The notes: generated by a model from the letters alone, not told the origin. A DNA stretch of 20,370 nucleotides from Candidatus Eiseniibacteriota bacterium (GCA_031370785.1 JANMQY010000101.1:1-20370); one strand, 5' to 3'. Shown: positions 1 to 7,880, counted from the stretch's first letter. Program-made: numbers and translations.

Positions 1-639
1 CGCCCGTCCGAGGCGGACCGCGGCTCGCAGGGCGCCTCTCCCGCTCACGAGGCCGGACCGCCACTGCTCGCCGCGCTGTTCGACACCGAACTGTTCGGGC
101 ACTGGTGGTTCGAAGGTCCCGCCTTTCTCGAGCGCGCCCTGGAAGAGATCGAGCGCCTCGGGGTCGAGCCGGTCGCGATCGAGGGGTGGCTCGAGCGCCA
201 CCCGCCGGTCGATGCGGTATCGCTCGGTGAGGGTTCGTGGGGCGAGGGTGGCGACCATCGGATGTGGTGGAACGACGGCACGCGCGAGGCGTGGCGCGCG
301 ATCCACAGCGCCGCTCAGCGCTTCGAGACGCTCGCCGAGCGGGCGGCGGGAGTCGCGGACGAAGCGCTGCTCGATCGGCTGCTGGTCCAGACCGCACGCG
401 AGGTGCTGCTGCTCGAGGCCTCGGACTGGACCTTCCTCATCACCAGCGGCGCGGCGAAGGACTACGCCGAACGCCGCATCCGCGAGCACGCCGCGGACGC
501 CGCGCGGCTGTCGGCCCTGGTGGAACGCCGGATCGATGGCGCCGCGCTCAGCACCGGCGAGGTCGAGGCCCTCGAGGCACTCGAGCGGCGCGACGCGCTG
601 TTCCCCGATCTCCAGTGGCGCGAGGCGGCGGGTCTCTAG
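1..639 (+). CDS. GH57-family 1,4-alpha-glucan branching enzyme (DUF1957 C-terminal part), 5'-partial
   Basis: Frame +1 is open from base 1 to TAG 637-639. The translation contains FDTELFGHWWFEG (GH57 acid/base Asp motif), GSWGEGG and ARE(V)LLLEASDWTFLI, typical of GH57 branching enzymes. Confidence 0.9.
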   Translation, partial: RPSEADRGSQGASPAHEAGPPLLAALFDTELFGHWWFEGPAFLERALEEIERLGVEPVAIEGWLERHPPVDAVSLGEGSWGEGGDHRMWWNDGTREAWRAIHSAAQRFETLAERAAGVADEALLDRLLVQTAREVLLLEASDWTFLITSGAAKDYAERRIREHAADAARLSALVERRIDGAALSTGEVEALEALERRDALFPDLQWREAAGL

Positions 640-887
640 CTTTTCGCGAGCGCCGCGAGCCGCTCGCTCGGAGCGAGCGGAGCGCGATCGAGCAGACCCT
701 CCACCTCGCGCGACGCGCGCATCGGCAACCTCACGCCGTTCTCGTCCTCGAGGCTGCGATAGCTTCGCCCGAGGGAGCGCAGCATCTCCGCACGGCCGAT
801 CTCGAACCAGCGCAGGTGGGTCGCGTAGTAGGCCCAGCCCATCTGGTCGGTGTCGCCGTAGCGCACCCGGAACGAGAAGCCGTGCAT
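636..887 (-). pseudogene. YbgC/FadM (4HBT hot-dog) acyl-CoA thioesterase, only 83 aa, apparent in-frame internal deletion
   Basis: MHGFSFRVRYGDTDQMGWAYYATHLRWFEIGRAEMLRSLG matches the RVRY-x-DTDQMG-x4-Y-x2-WFE-x-GR signature. After GVRLP the protein jumps straight to a C-terminal-like helix (MRASREVEGLLDRAP). ATG 887 overlaps the upstream stop (TGATG). Confidence 0.65.
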
Positions 888-1825
888 CACGCCTGCCCCT
901 CGGCACGCGCCGAATCCGGGGCAGCGCCCGACCCGACGCCGACATCCACGGGATCCGGCGCGGTCTTCCACCGGCGGTGCAGCCAGAACCACATCTCGGG
1001 GCGTGCGCGCACCTGACGCTCCAGCTCGGCGGTGTGGAGCGCGGTCAGCGCACGCACCGCATCGGGCGCGGTGGGATCGGAGGCGACCAGCGGCGGAAGC
1101 AGTCGCAACCGATGGCGACCATCGAGGAGGCGCTCGGCGAATCCCATCACGATCGGTGCCCCGGTGCGCAGCGCGATCCGGGCCGGGCCGGTCGGCGTGC
1201 TCGCCGGGCGGCCGAAGAACGGCACGAACACCCCGTGACGCCGCGCATCCTGGTCCGCGACCAGCGCGACCCAGCGGTTTGCGGCCAGCGACTGGAGCAC
1301 CCCGCGCACTCCACCGCCGATCGGAATCTGCCCGACCCCGGAGCGCTCGCGCTCGCGCCCCAGCATTTCGTCCACGCCGGGGTTCGACAGCGGCTGAACC
1401 ACGAAGTCGACCGGATGAATGCGGCCGAGCCAGCCCCCGAGCAACTCGAAGTTGCCGAAGTGTCCGGTCAGGAGCAGCGCGCCTCGTCCGGCGGAGCGCG
1501 CCGCCTCGAGGTGCTCCAGACCCAGGACCCGCTCGACCACCTCCCCGTCCGGCGCGTGCACCAGATCCGAAAGCCGCGCGTACTCGACCAGCACCCGGCC
1601 CAGCTCGTGATAGTGCGCCGCGAGAATCGCCGCGCGCTCTTCCGCCCCGCGCTCGGGAAAGGCCAGCGCGAGATTCTGCTCGGCGACATGCCGGCGCATG
1701 CCGAGTGCGCTCGCGGTTGCACCGAGCGAGACTCCCCAGTCGAGCGTGGTGCGCCAGGGCGCGCGGCGGATTCCGGCGCGCAATACCTTCGCGAGGGCGG
1801 TCTGGAATCGATGCGATGCCCTCAC
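887..1825 (-). CDS. lpxL: Lipid A late acyltransferase / lysophospholipid acyltransferase (LpxL/HtrB family)
   Basis: Motifs NLALAFPE, GHFGNFE (HX4D/E), ADQDA, VFVPFFGRPAST and PEMWFWLHRRWK. GTG start at 1825 overlaps the dprA stop (GTGA); the longer ORF-track start is not credible. Confidence 0.85.
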   Translation of the reverse strand: MRASHRFQTALAKVLRAGIRRAPWRTTLDWGVSLGATASALGMRRHVAEQNLALAFPERGAEERAAILAAHYHELGRVLVEYARLSDLVHAPDGEVVERVLGLEHLEAARSAGRGALLLTGHFGNFELLGGWLGRIHPVDFVVQPLSNPGVDEMLGRERERSGVGQIPIGGGVRGVLQSLAANRWVALVADQDARRHGVFVPFFGRPASTPTGPARIALRTGAPIVMGFAERLLDGRHRLRLLPPLVASDPTAPDAVRALTALHTAELERQVRARPEMWFWLHRRWKTAPDPVDVGVGSGAAPDSARAEGQA

Positions 1826-2781
1826 CTGCGCCCCGCCGCCCGCGCCCAGCGCTGCCCCGGGAGCGCAACCGCCGCACCGCTCCACTCGAGGACAAGGAGC
1901 GCGGCGAGCGCGGCGTCGGGTGCGAGCCCGGATCTGGCCACCAGCGCTTCCACGCCGAGCGGACGCTCTGCGAGCGCAGCGAGGAGGCGTGCCTCGGGCG
2001 TGGCTTCGGCGGGCGGAGTCGAGTCGCAGAGTCGCGCAGGCGCCAGCGCCGGCCGCGCGGCGGATGAGTCGTGCGCGCTCAGCGCGTCGATGATGTCGCC
2101 TGCGTGCGCGCACAGACGCGCGCCGCGTCGGATCAGCTCGTGGACGCCCCGGCTGGTCTCGCGGTCCACATCGCCGGGCACCGCCAGCAACGGGCGGCCA
2201 AGCCGGAGCGCAACCGCGGCGGTGGTGAGCGCGCCGCTGCGCTCGGCGGCCTCGACCACCACCACCGCTGCGGACAGCGCCGCGATCAGGCGGTTGCGGG
2301 TCAGGAACACGCCGCGCCCAGGCGGCGGACCCGAGGCGCGCTCGCTGACCAGCGCACCTTGCGCCGCGATCGATTCGGCGAGCGCCGCGTGATGCAGTGG
2401 AACGATCGCATCCAGTCCGCCGGGAACCACCGCGACCGTGATTCCGTTCGCATCCAGAGCGCCGCAATGCGCGGCGGCATCGATACCGCGCGCGAGCCCG
2501 CTCACCACCGCGAACCCGAGCCCGACCAGATCTCCCGCCAGGCGTCGCGCCTGGGCGAGCCCGTAATCGGAAGCCGCGCGCGAGCCGACCAGCGCCACGC
2601 ACCGCGAGCGCGGCGGCACGACGCCGCGCGTGTAGAGAAACGGCGGAGCATCGGGAAGGTCGAGCAGCGCGGCCGGATATCCATTCGTGCCGCGCGCAGA
2701 GGCGCGAAGCTCTGCGGCCGGCCCCTCGCGCACCAGTGCGCCACCATCGCGAACGCCGCTATGGCTGGGGATCGCCTGCAT
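1822..2781 (-). CDS. dprA: DNA-protecting protein DprA/Smf
   Basis: YPAALLDLPDAPPFLYTRG, VALVGSR, VVSGLARGIDAAAH, FLTRNRLIAALS, VVEAAERSGALTTA, AVPG, plus a C-terminal winged-helix-like segment (LLVLEWSG). Confidence 0.95.
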   Translation of the reverse strand: MQAIPSHSGVRDGGALVREGPAAELRASARGTNGYPAALLDLPDAPPFLYTRGVVPPRSRCVALVGSRAASDYGLAQARRLAGDLVGLGFAVVSGLARGIDAAAHCGALDANGITVAVVPGGLDAIVPLHHAALAESIAAQGALVSERASGPPPGRGVFLTRNRLIAALSAAVVVVEAAERSGALTTAAVALRLGRPLLAVPGDVDRETSRGVHELIRRGARLCAHAGDIIDALSAHDSSAARPALAPARLCDSTPPAEATPEARLLAALAERPLGVEALVARSGLAPDAALAALLVLEWSGAAVALPGQRWARAAGRR

Positions 2782-3427
2782 GGCTGCCGCCCTCTCCCGG
2801 GCGATTCCGGGTGGGCGGGGGCCCGGTGAGCAGTTCCCACTCCACGCCCTCTTCGCTGGCGCGCACCAGAGCGTGATCGTCCGAGAGCCCGCCCTCTTCG
2901 TGCGCCATCAGCTCGTCGCTGCGCATCAGGCGCTCGACACGGTCGAGCAGCGCGCGGTCGCGCTCACCCAGCTCGTCGAGACGGCGTCGCCTGAGATCGG
3001 GCGGCAACCGGTGCATGCCCTGTGCGACCGCGATCGCGCCGCGCTGAAGCCCGATCGCGACCAGGGCGTCGCGCGCCGCGACGGCCACGGTCGCATTCGC
3101 ATCCTCGGCCAGGCGCAGCAGCGCCGGGACCGCGGGGCGATATCCGATCCGCCCGAGCACGCGCGCGGTGCTGGTGCGCGTGAACCACAGACCCTGTTCG
3201 AGCATCGGCAGGAGCACCGGCGCGCCGCGGTCGGCCATGTGCAGGAACGCCTCCTCCGCCAGGTCGCGCAGGTACCACGATTCATCGCACAGGCATTCCA
3301 CCAGCAGCGAGAGCGCCTCGGGATCGGTGCGGGACTCGAGCCCGGCCACGTACTCGCGCTTGGCGGTCAGCCCGCGCGAGCTCAGGAAATCCAGCGGCTT
3401 GCCCTGCGAGAACTTGTCGTCGCTCAT
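2759..3427 (-). CDS. HEAT-repeat (PBS-lyase-like) protein
   Basis: 222 aa. Repeated helical units LVECLCDESWYLRDLAEEAF / LLPMLEQGLWFTRTSTARVLGRIG / LLRLAEDANATVAVAARDALVAIG. ATGA overlap with the obgE stop. Confidence 0.8.
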   Translation of the reverse strand: MSDDKFSQGKPLDFLSSRGLTAKREYVAGLESRTDPEALSLLVECLCDESWYLRDLAEEAFLHMADRGAPVLLPMLEQGLWFTRTSTARVLGRIGYRPAVPALLRLAEDANATVAVAARDALVAIGLQRGAIAVAQGMHRLPPDLRRRRLDELGERDRALLDRVERLMRSDELMAHEEGGLSDDHALVRASEEGVEWELLTGPPPTRNRPGEGGSHAGDPQP

Positions 3428-4434
3428 GCTTCGCTCTCAGGGTCGGCCGGAGCCACGGCCGGCGCGGTGAGCAGCCACAGCTCGTCGAGCAGCTCGCGCA
3501 GTCCATCGCCGGTGTGGGCACTGATCAGGCGCGCATCCGGCAGACCGACGCGCGCGGGCGCTCCCGCGCGATCCTCCGGCGCCAGCAGATCCGACTTGGT
3601 CAGCACCACCACCTTTGGCCGCTCCGCGAGCGCGGCGCTGTGCAGCGCCAGCTCGCGCTCGAGCGTGGCGAGATCGCGCGCCGGATCCTCGGCGGTCACG
3701 TCGAGCAGACAGGCCAGCGCGCGGGTGCGTTCGAGATGGCGCAGGAACTGGAGTCCGAGGCCCTTGCCCTCGTGCGCGCCTTCGATCAGACCGGGTACAT
3801 CCGCAACCACGAAGTTCCGCTCCTCGTCGAGCACCGCGATCCCCAGATTGGGCTCGAGTGTGGTGAAGGGATACGCCGCGATCTTCGGACGCGCCCGAGT
3901 CAGGCGAGACAGCAGCGTGGACTTTCCGGCATTCGGAAGGCCGACCAGACCGACATCGGCGATGAGCTTGAGCTCCAGCTCGAGCCGCCGCTCCTCGCCC
4001 GGCTCGCCGGGATCCGCGCGCCGGGGCGCCTGATGCGTCGAGGTCGCGTAGCGCGCGTTGCCGCGACCTCCGCGCCCACCGCGCGCCGCCACCAGCTCGT
4101 CGCCTTCCTTCAGCAGATCTGCGACCACCTCGCCGGTCTCGACGTCGCGGAGCACGGTGCCCGGCGGGACCTTCACGATCAGGTCTTCGCCGTCGCGCCC
4201 GGTGCGGTTGTTTCCGGACCCGGGACGACCGTGAACCGCACGGTATCGAGGCTGTTCGCGGCAGTCAAGAAGTGTGCGCACGTGAGGGTCGACGCGCAGG
4301 ATCACGCTTCCGCCACGCCCGCCATCGCCACCGTCGGGACCGCCCTTGGGCACGTATTTCTCACGGCGGAAGCTGACGCAGCCCGAGCCACCGTTGCCGG
4401 CCAGCACGTGAATCCGGGTCAGATCGACGAGCAT
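3424..4434 (-). CDS. obgE: GTPase ObgE/CgtA
   Basis: Gly-rich Obg fold (AGNGGSGCVSFRREKYVPKGGPDGGDGGRGG), G1 GLPNAGKS, G2 YPFTT, G3 DVPG, G4 TKSD, G5 ISA. Short form without a C-terminal extension. Confidence 0.97.
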   Translation of the reverse strand: MLVDLTRIHVLAGNGGSGCVSFRREKYVPKGGPDGGDGGRGGSVILRVDPHVRTLLDCREQPRYRAVHGRPGSGNNRTGRDGEDLIVKVPPGTVLRDVETGEVVADLLKEGDELVAARGGRGGRGNARYATSTHQAPRRADPGEPGEERRLELELKLIADVGLVGLPNAGKSTLLSRLTRARPKIAAYPFTTLEPNLGIAVLDEERNFVVADVPGLIEGAHEGKGLGLQFLRHLERTRALACLLDVTAEDPARDLATLERELALHSAALAERPKVVVLTKSDLLAPEDRAGAPARVGLPDARLISAHTGDGLRELLDELWLLTAPAVAPADPESEA

Positions 4435-4436
4435 GG

Positions 4437-5528
4437 CTAGCGCACCCTCGCGCCGAGCGCGGCGATCACGGCATCCGCCATCGCCTCGGTGGTGACGCCA
4501 CGCGCCGCATCCTCAGGGGCATGCAGGTCGCGGGTCACGCAGTGACCCTCGGCGAGCACCTGGGCGATCGAAGCCTCCAGCCTCTCTCCGGCCTCGAATT
4601 CACCGAGGTGCCGCAGCATCGCCGCGCCCGAGAGGATGAGTGCGGTCGGATTCATCATTCCCGATCCTTTGAACTGGGGGGCCGAGCCGTGCACTGGCTC
4701 GAACAGCGCGACCGACTGCCCGTAGTTCGCGCCCGGCGCCACCCCGAGCCCGCCCACCAGGCCCGCGCACAGGTCAGAGACGATGTCGCCGTACAGGTTC
4801 GGCAGCACCAGCACGTCGAACGTCTGGGGACGCTGCACCAGCTGCATGCACAGTGCGTCGACGATCATGTCCTCGAACGCGATCTCGGGGTGCAGTGTGG
4901 CCACCTCGCGCGCGACCTGGAGGAACAGGCCGTCGGTGTACTTCATGATGTTGGCCTTGTGCACCGCGGTGACCTTGCGCCGGCCGTGATGCCGCGCGTA
5001 CTCGAATGCAAACTCCACGATGCGGCGCGAGCCGGTCACCGAGATCGGCTTGAGCGAGAGCGCCGCGTCGTCGCGAATGGTGCGTCCGGTGTGTCGTTCC
5101 ACCACCGCGCGGATCTCGCGCAATCCTTCCGAGCCGCGCTCGAACTCGATGCCGACGTAGAGGTCCTCGGTGTTCTCGCGCACGATTACCAGATCCACCC
5201 CCGGCACCGCATTGCGGATCCCGGAATAGGTGCGCGCCGGGCGCAGATTCGCGAACAGATCCAGCTCGGTGCGGAGCGCGACATTGACCGAGCGGAATCC
5301 GCCCCCGATCGGAGTGGTGAGCGGACCCTTCAAGCCCACCGCGTTGCGCTTGAGCGATTCGATGACGCGCGGCGGCAGCGGCGTGCCCTCGGTCGCCACG
5401 ACGTCGGCTCCCGCGTTCTGCACGTCCCACTCGAACTGGACTCCGGTCGCCTCCAGCGTGCGGCGGGCCGCGGCGGTCAGCTCCGGACCGATCCCGTCGC
5501 CCGGGATCAGGGTGACACGGTGCTTCAA
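4437..5528 (-). CDS. icd: Isocitrate/isopropylmalate dehydrogenase family enzyme, most likely isocitrate dehydrogenase
   Basis: IPGDGIGPE, SVNVALR, NLRP, RENTEDLY, VHKANIMK, NLYGDIVSDL and EPVHGSAP. The S-x-N motif favours isocitrate. TTG start with SD GAGGAGG (5534-5540) 5 nt upstream. Confidence 0.85.
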   Translation of the reverse strand: MKHRVTLIPGDGIGPELTAAARRTLEATGVQFEWDVQNAGADVVATEGTPLPPRVIESLKRNAVGLKGPLTTPIGGGFRSVNVALRTELDLFANLRPARTYSGIRNAVPGVDLVIVRENTEDLYVGIEFERGSEGLREIRAVVERHTGRTIRDDAALSLKPISVTGSRRIVEFAFEYARHHGRRKVTAVHKANIMKYTDGLFLQVAREVATLHPEIAFEDMIVDALCMQLVQRPQTFDVLVLPNLYGDIVSDLCAGLVGGLGVAPGANYGQSVALFEPVHGSAPQFKGSGMMNPTALILSGAAMLRHLGEFEAGERLEASIAQVLAEGHCVTRDLHAPEDAARGVTTEAMADAVIAALGARVR

Positions 5529-5547
5529 GGATGCCTCCTCGGCGCGG

Positions 5548-7416
5548 TCATTCCGGTTCCCGCAGGGTCGCGAGCAGACCGCCGCGGGAGAGGCGGATCA
5601 CCTCGCGCGTATCGAGCGCGTGCCTCACCGTGTACTGGGTGCCCTGCGTGAGATTGCGCGCGACCAGCGCGCGCCCCGGCGCCAGCGCTTCGGGCAGCCC
5701 CGGAATCTCGAGCTCATCTCCGGTCGCGACCGCGCTCGCGTCCGCGCCGCTGACGAACTCGAGAGGCAGTATGCCGCTGAGCGCCGCGAGGTGCGCGAAC
5801 TCGGGCGCGATCGAGCGGGCGAGGAATGCCCGCACGCCGAGCGCGACCGGCGCGAGCGCGGCAGTGTCCCATGCCACGCCGGACCCAAAGCGCTCGCCCG
5901 CCACCAGGAAGCCGCCGCCCGCTTCGCGCGCGTGGCGCGCGAATCCCGGCTCCGCGTCATCGAGCGTGAACTCGGCGAGCGCATCGAGGTCACCGACCAG
6001 CGGCCGCACCTTCGCGCCCCACGGCACCAGCATCTCGGTCGTGACGTCGTCGCCCAGCCGGCGCAGAACCACACCGCGCAACGCGCCTTCGAATGGGCGC
6101 CCGGCCGGAAACCTGGGCGCCTTCGCCGGCGTCTCGGCCGGGCTGCCGAGCCGTGGCGCCTGACCCGCCGCGAACACCAGAGGCGCCGCGCCCTGGCGAG
6201 TGAAATCCAGCACCCGTCGTGGATCCTCGAGCGCGCCCTCGAGCGCCGCCGCGACGCAGGTCGCGATGCCGGCCGCCTGCCAGCGCGAACGCCCGGGCGG
6301 CAGATCGCCGGGTCCGGCGCCGCAGCACAGCCCGAGCGTCGCCGCCACCGGCCTCGCCCCCGCCTCCTCGATCTGCGCCCCGGCCGCGGCGAGGCGTTCG
6401 AGCGTGCCCTGCACCCGCGCGGTCTCGCGCACCTGGCGCGTTCCCGGCACCACCATCACCGTCACCCCCTCGCGAACCCGGTTCTTGCCCAGCAGGTCCG
6501 CGAATCGCGCCAGATCCTCCGCGCTCGCCCCCGGGCCGATCAGCACTCCTTCGACCGCGGTCCCGCGCACCTCGCGTACCGGGCGCGCCGCGGCACGGCG
6601 TTCGAAGGGCGCGGTGAGCGGCTCGATACCGTCGATGTCGAACGGATGAGGCTCGACCGTTCGTGTCGATTCGTCCACGAAGCGCTTCCAGTCGACCTCG
6701 CGTCCCTGCGCCGCGAGCCACGCGCGGGCGTACTCCTCCGAGGGAAACAGGCACGAGCGTGCGCCGCACTCAACCGCGGCGACCGCGAGCGATACGCGGG
6801 CATCGACCGGGAGCGGCGTGCCCGAAAACTCGATGAAACGCGATTCGAGAGGAAGATCCTCGAGCCGTGCGTGCAGTGCGAGTGCGGCATCGTGCCCGTC
6901 CACGCCGGGCCCGAGCGAGCCCGAGATCGCGATCTCGCGCACTCCTGGCCAGCGCAGCTCGACCGGTCGTCCCGCCATCACCGCCGTCAGCTCGAGCGCA
7001 CTCACCGGCAGCGTGAGCATGCCGAGGGCCGCCGCCACCGGCGAGCGGCGGCCAGCCGAGGCCAGCACGCGGGTGGGCGCCGCGAAATGCTCGAGGTGCA
7101 CGCGCTCGCACCGCCCGTCGCCGGGGCGCGAGAACAGCACGCCGAGACGGTGGGCTGCCTGCTGCAGCTCGCGCAGCTCGTCGGCGCTTTCGAAGGCGGC
7201 CTGAGGCGCGTGGCGCTCGGCGCCCACCAGCGCGACTTCGGACCTCGCGCGCTCGAGCCCGAGGCTCTCGAAGGCGGCGAGCGCGACCACGGCGGCCACG
7301 CCGCCGGCCAGCGCGTGATCGGCGCGCACGTCGAGCACCTCGCCGATGCGCGGCCCGTCCGCCTCGAGCGCACCTGCGTTGAGATGCGTGGCGAGAACGC
7401 TCGTGATCAGGCCCAT
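5548..7416 (-). CDS. Aconitase-superfamily protein (single-chain, C-terminal swivel domain), catalytically degenerate pseudo-aconitase
   Basis: 622 aa from ATG 7416 (GAGGG upstream). Colinear with the ~640-aa 'putative aconitate hydratase' type via FSRPGDGRCERVHLEHF, LFPSEEYARAWLAAQGRE, PVREVRGTAVEGVLIG, VVPGTRQV, LGDDVTTE, AALAPVALGVRAFLARS and GGLL, but the Fe-S cysteines and catalytic motifs are absent. Confidence 0.85.
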   Translation of the reverse strand: MGLITSVLATHLNAGALEADGPRIGEVLDVRADHALAGGVAAVVALAAFESLGLERARSEVALVGAERHAPQAAFESADELRELQQAAHRLGVLFSRPGDGRCERVHLEHFAAPTRVLASAGRRSPVAAALGMLTLPVSALELTAVMAGRPVELRWPGVREIAISGSLGPGVDGHDAALALHARLEDLPLESRFIEFSGTPLPVDARVSLAVAAVECGARSCLFPSEEYARAWLAAQGREVDWKRFVDESTRTVEPHPFDIDGIEPLTAPFERRAAARPVREVRGTAVEGVLIGPGASAEDLARFADLLGKNRVREGVTVMVVPGTRQVRETARVQGTLERLAAAGAQIEEAGARPVAATLGLCCGAGPGDLPPGRSRWQAAGIATCVAAALEGALEDPRRVLDFTRQGAAPLVFAAGQAPRLGSPAETPAKAPRFPAGRPFEGALRGVVLRRLGDDVTTEMLVPWGAKVRPLVGDLDALAEFTLDDAEPGFARHAREAGGGFLVAGERFGSGVAWDTAALAPVALGVRAFLARSIAPEFAHLAALSGILPLEFVSGADASAVATGDELEIPGLPEALAPGRALVARNLTQGTQYTVRHALDTREVIRLSRGGLLATLREPE

Positions 7417-7429
7417 GGCGCGGCCACCC

Positions 7430-7828
7430 TCACGAGCCCGAATCCCTCTTCGGTCGATCGCTCTTCGGCCGGTCGCTCTTCGGGTGATCGCTCTTCGGGC
7501 GATCGCTCCTCGACTTCTCGCTGCCGCCAGAGCCGGTTCCGGCCGCGCCGCCCTTCGCGGTCCCTTCGCCCTTCGCAGCCCCTTCGCTCTTCGCAGCCCC
7601 TTCGGTCCCGGCGCCCGACTCCTTTTTCGCGTCCTTGTGATAGCCCGCACTGCGGTAGTCGGTGATGTAGAAGCCGGAGCCCTTGAACAGCAGACCCGCT
7701 CCCCCTGAGGGAACTTTCACGGCGCGCCCGCGGCACTTCGGGCAGCGCCGCGGAGTGTCATCCGACATGCTGTGGAACAGCTCGAACTGGTGCCCGCACT
7801 TGCGGCACCGGTAGTCGTAGGTCGGCAT
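7430..7828 (-). CDS. FmdB-family zinc-ribbon putative regulatory protein with low-complexity tail
   Basis: MPTYDYRCRKCGHQFE...CPKC...FKGSGFYITDY is the typical CxxC-CxxC FmdB signature. SD AGAGGAG upstream. Confidence 0.9.
   Translation of the reverse strand: MPTYDYRCRKCGHQFELFHSMSDDTPRRCPKCRGRAVKVPSGGAGLLFKGSGFYITDYRSAGYHKDAKKESGAGTEGAAKSEGAAKGEGTAKGGAAGTGSGGSEKSRSDRPKSDHPKSDRPKSDRPKRDSGS
7446..7505. repeat. 4 x 15-bp tandem repeat (CTCTTCGGNNG(A/G)TCG) encoding SD(R/H)PK in the FmdB tail
   Basis: Units at 7446, 7461, 7476 and 7491, read directly from the sequence. Confidence 0.9.
7551..7604. repeat. 3 x 18-bp tandem repeat encoding EG(A/T)AK(S/G) in the FmdB tail
   Basis: cccttcgcggtcccttcg / cccttcgcagccccttcg / ctcttcgcagccccttcg at 7551, 7569 and 7587. 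Confidence 0.9.
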
Positions 7829-7880
7829 GAATCAGACTCCTCTTGGTTTCTTTCGCGCCCCGTAGAGGTGGCGCGGCGAA

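Noticed and set aside
1826..2602. Extended LpxL ORF (887-2602) or a DprA-acyltransferase fusion
   Set aside because: The upstream part overlaps dprA in a different frame. The GTG at 1825 gives a normal-sized protein with a GTGA overlap.
3424..4434. ObgE lacking a C-terminal domain and having TKSD at G4
   Set aside because: Short Obg proteins of about 330-340 aa and T in place of N at G4 occur in many bacteria, so this is not unusual.
5548..7416. Aconitase motif loss explained by local frameshifts or sequencing error
   Set aside because: Residues flanking each lost motif stay in frame and recognisable (e.g. VLIG-PGAS-AEDL, FGSG-VAWD-TAALAP). The losses are substitutions or in-frame deletions scattered along the gene.
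7446..7604. Short repeats as a possible CRISPR array
   Set aside because: The units are contiguous 15- and 18-mers without unique spacers, lie in frame inside a CDS, and there are no cas genes.
7417..7650. 78-aa N-terminal extension of the aconitase-like ORF (ORF track 5548-7650)
   Set aside because: It overlaps the FmdB gene's repeat tail in another frame. Homology begins at MGLITS (ATG 7416), which has its own SD.
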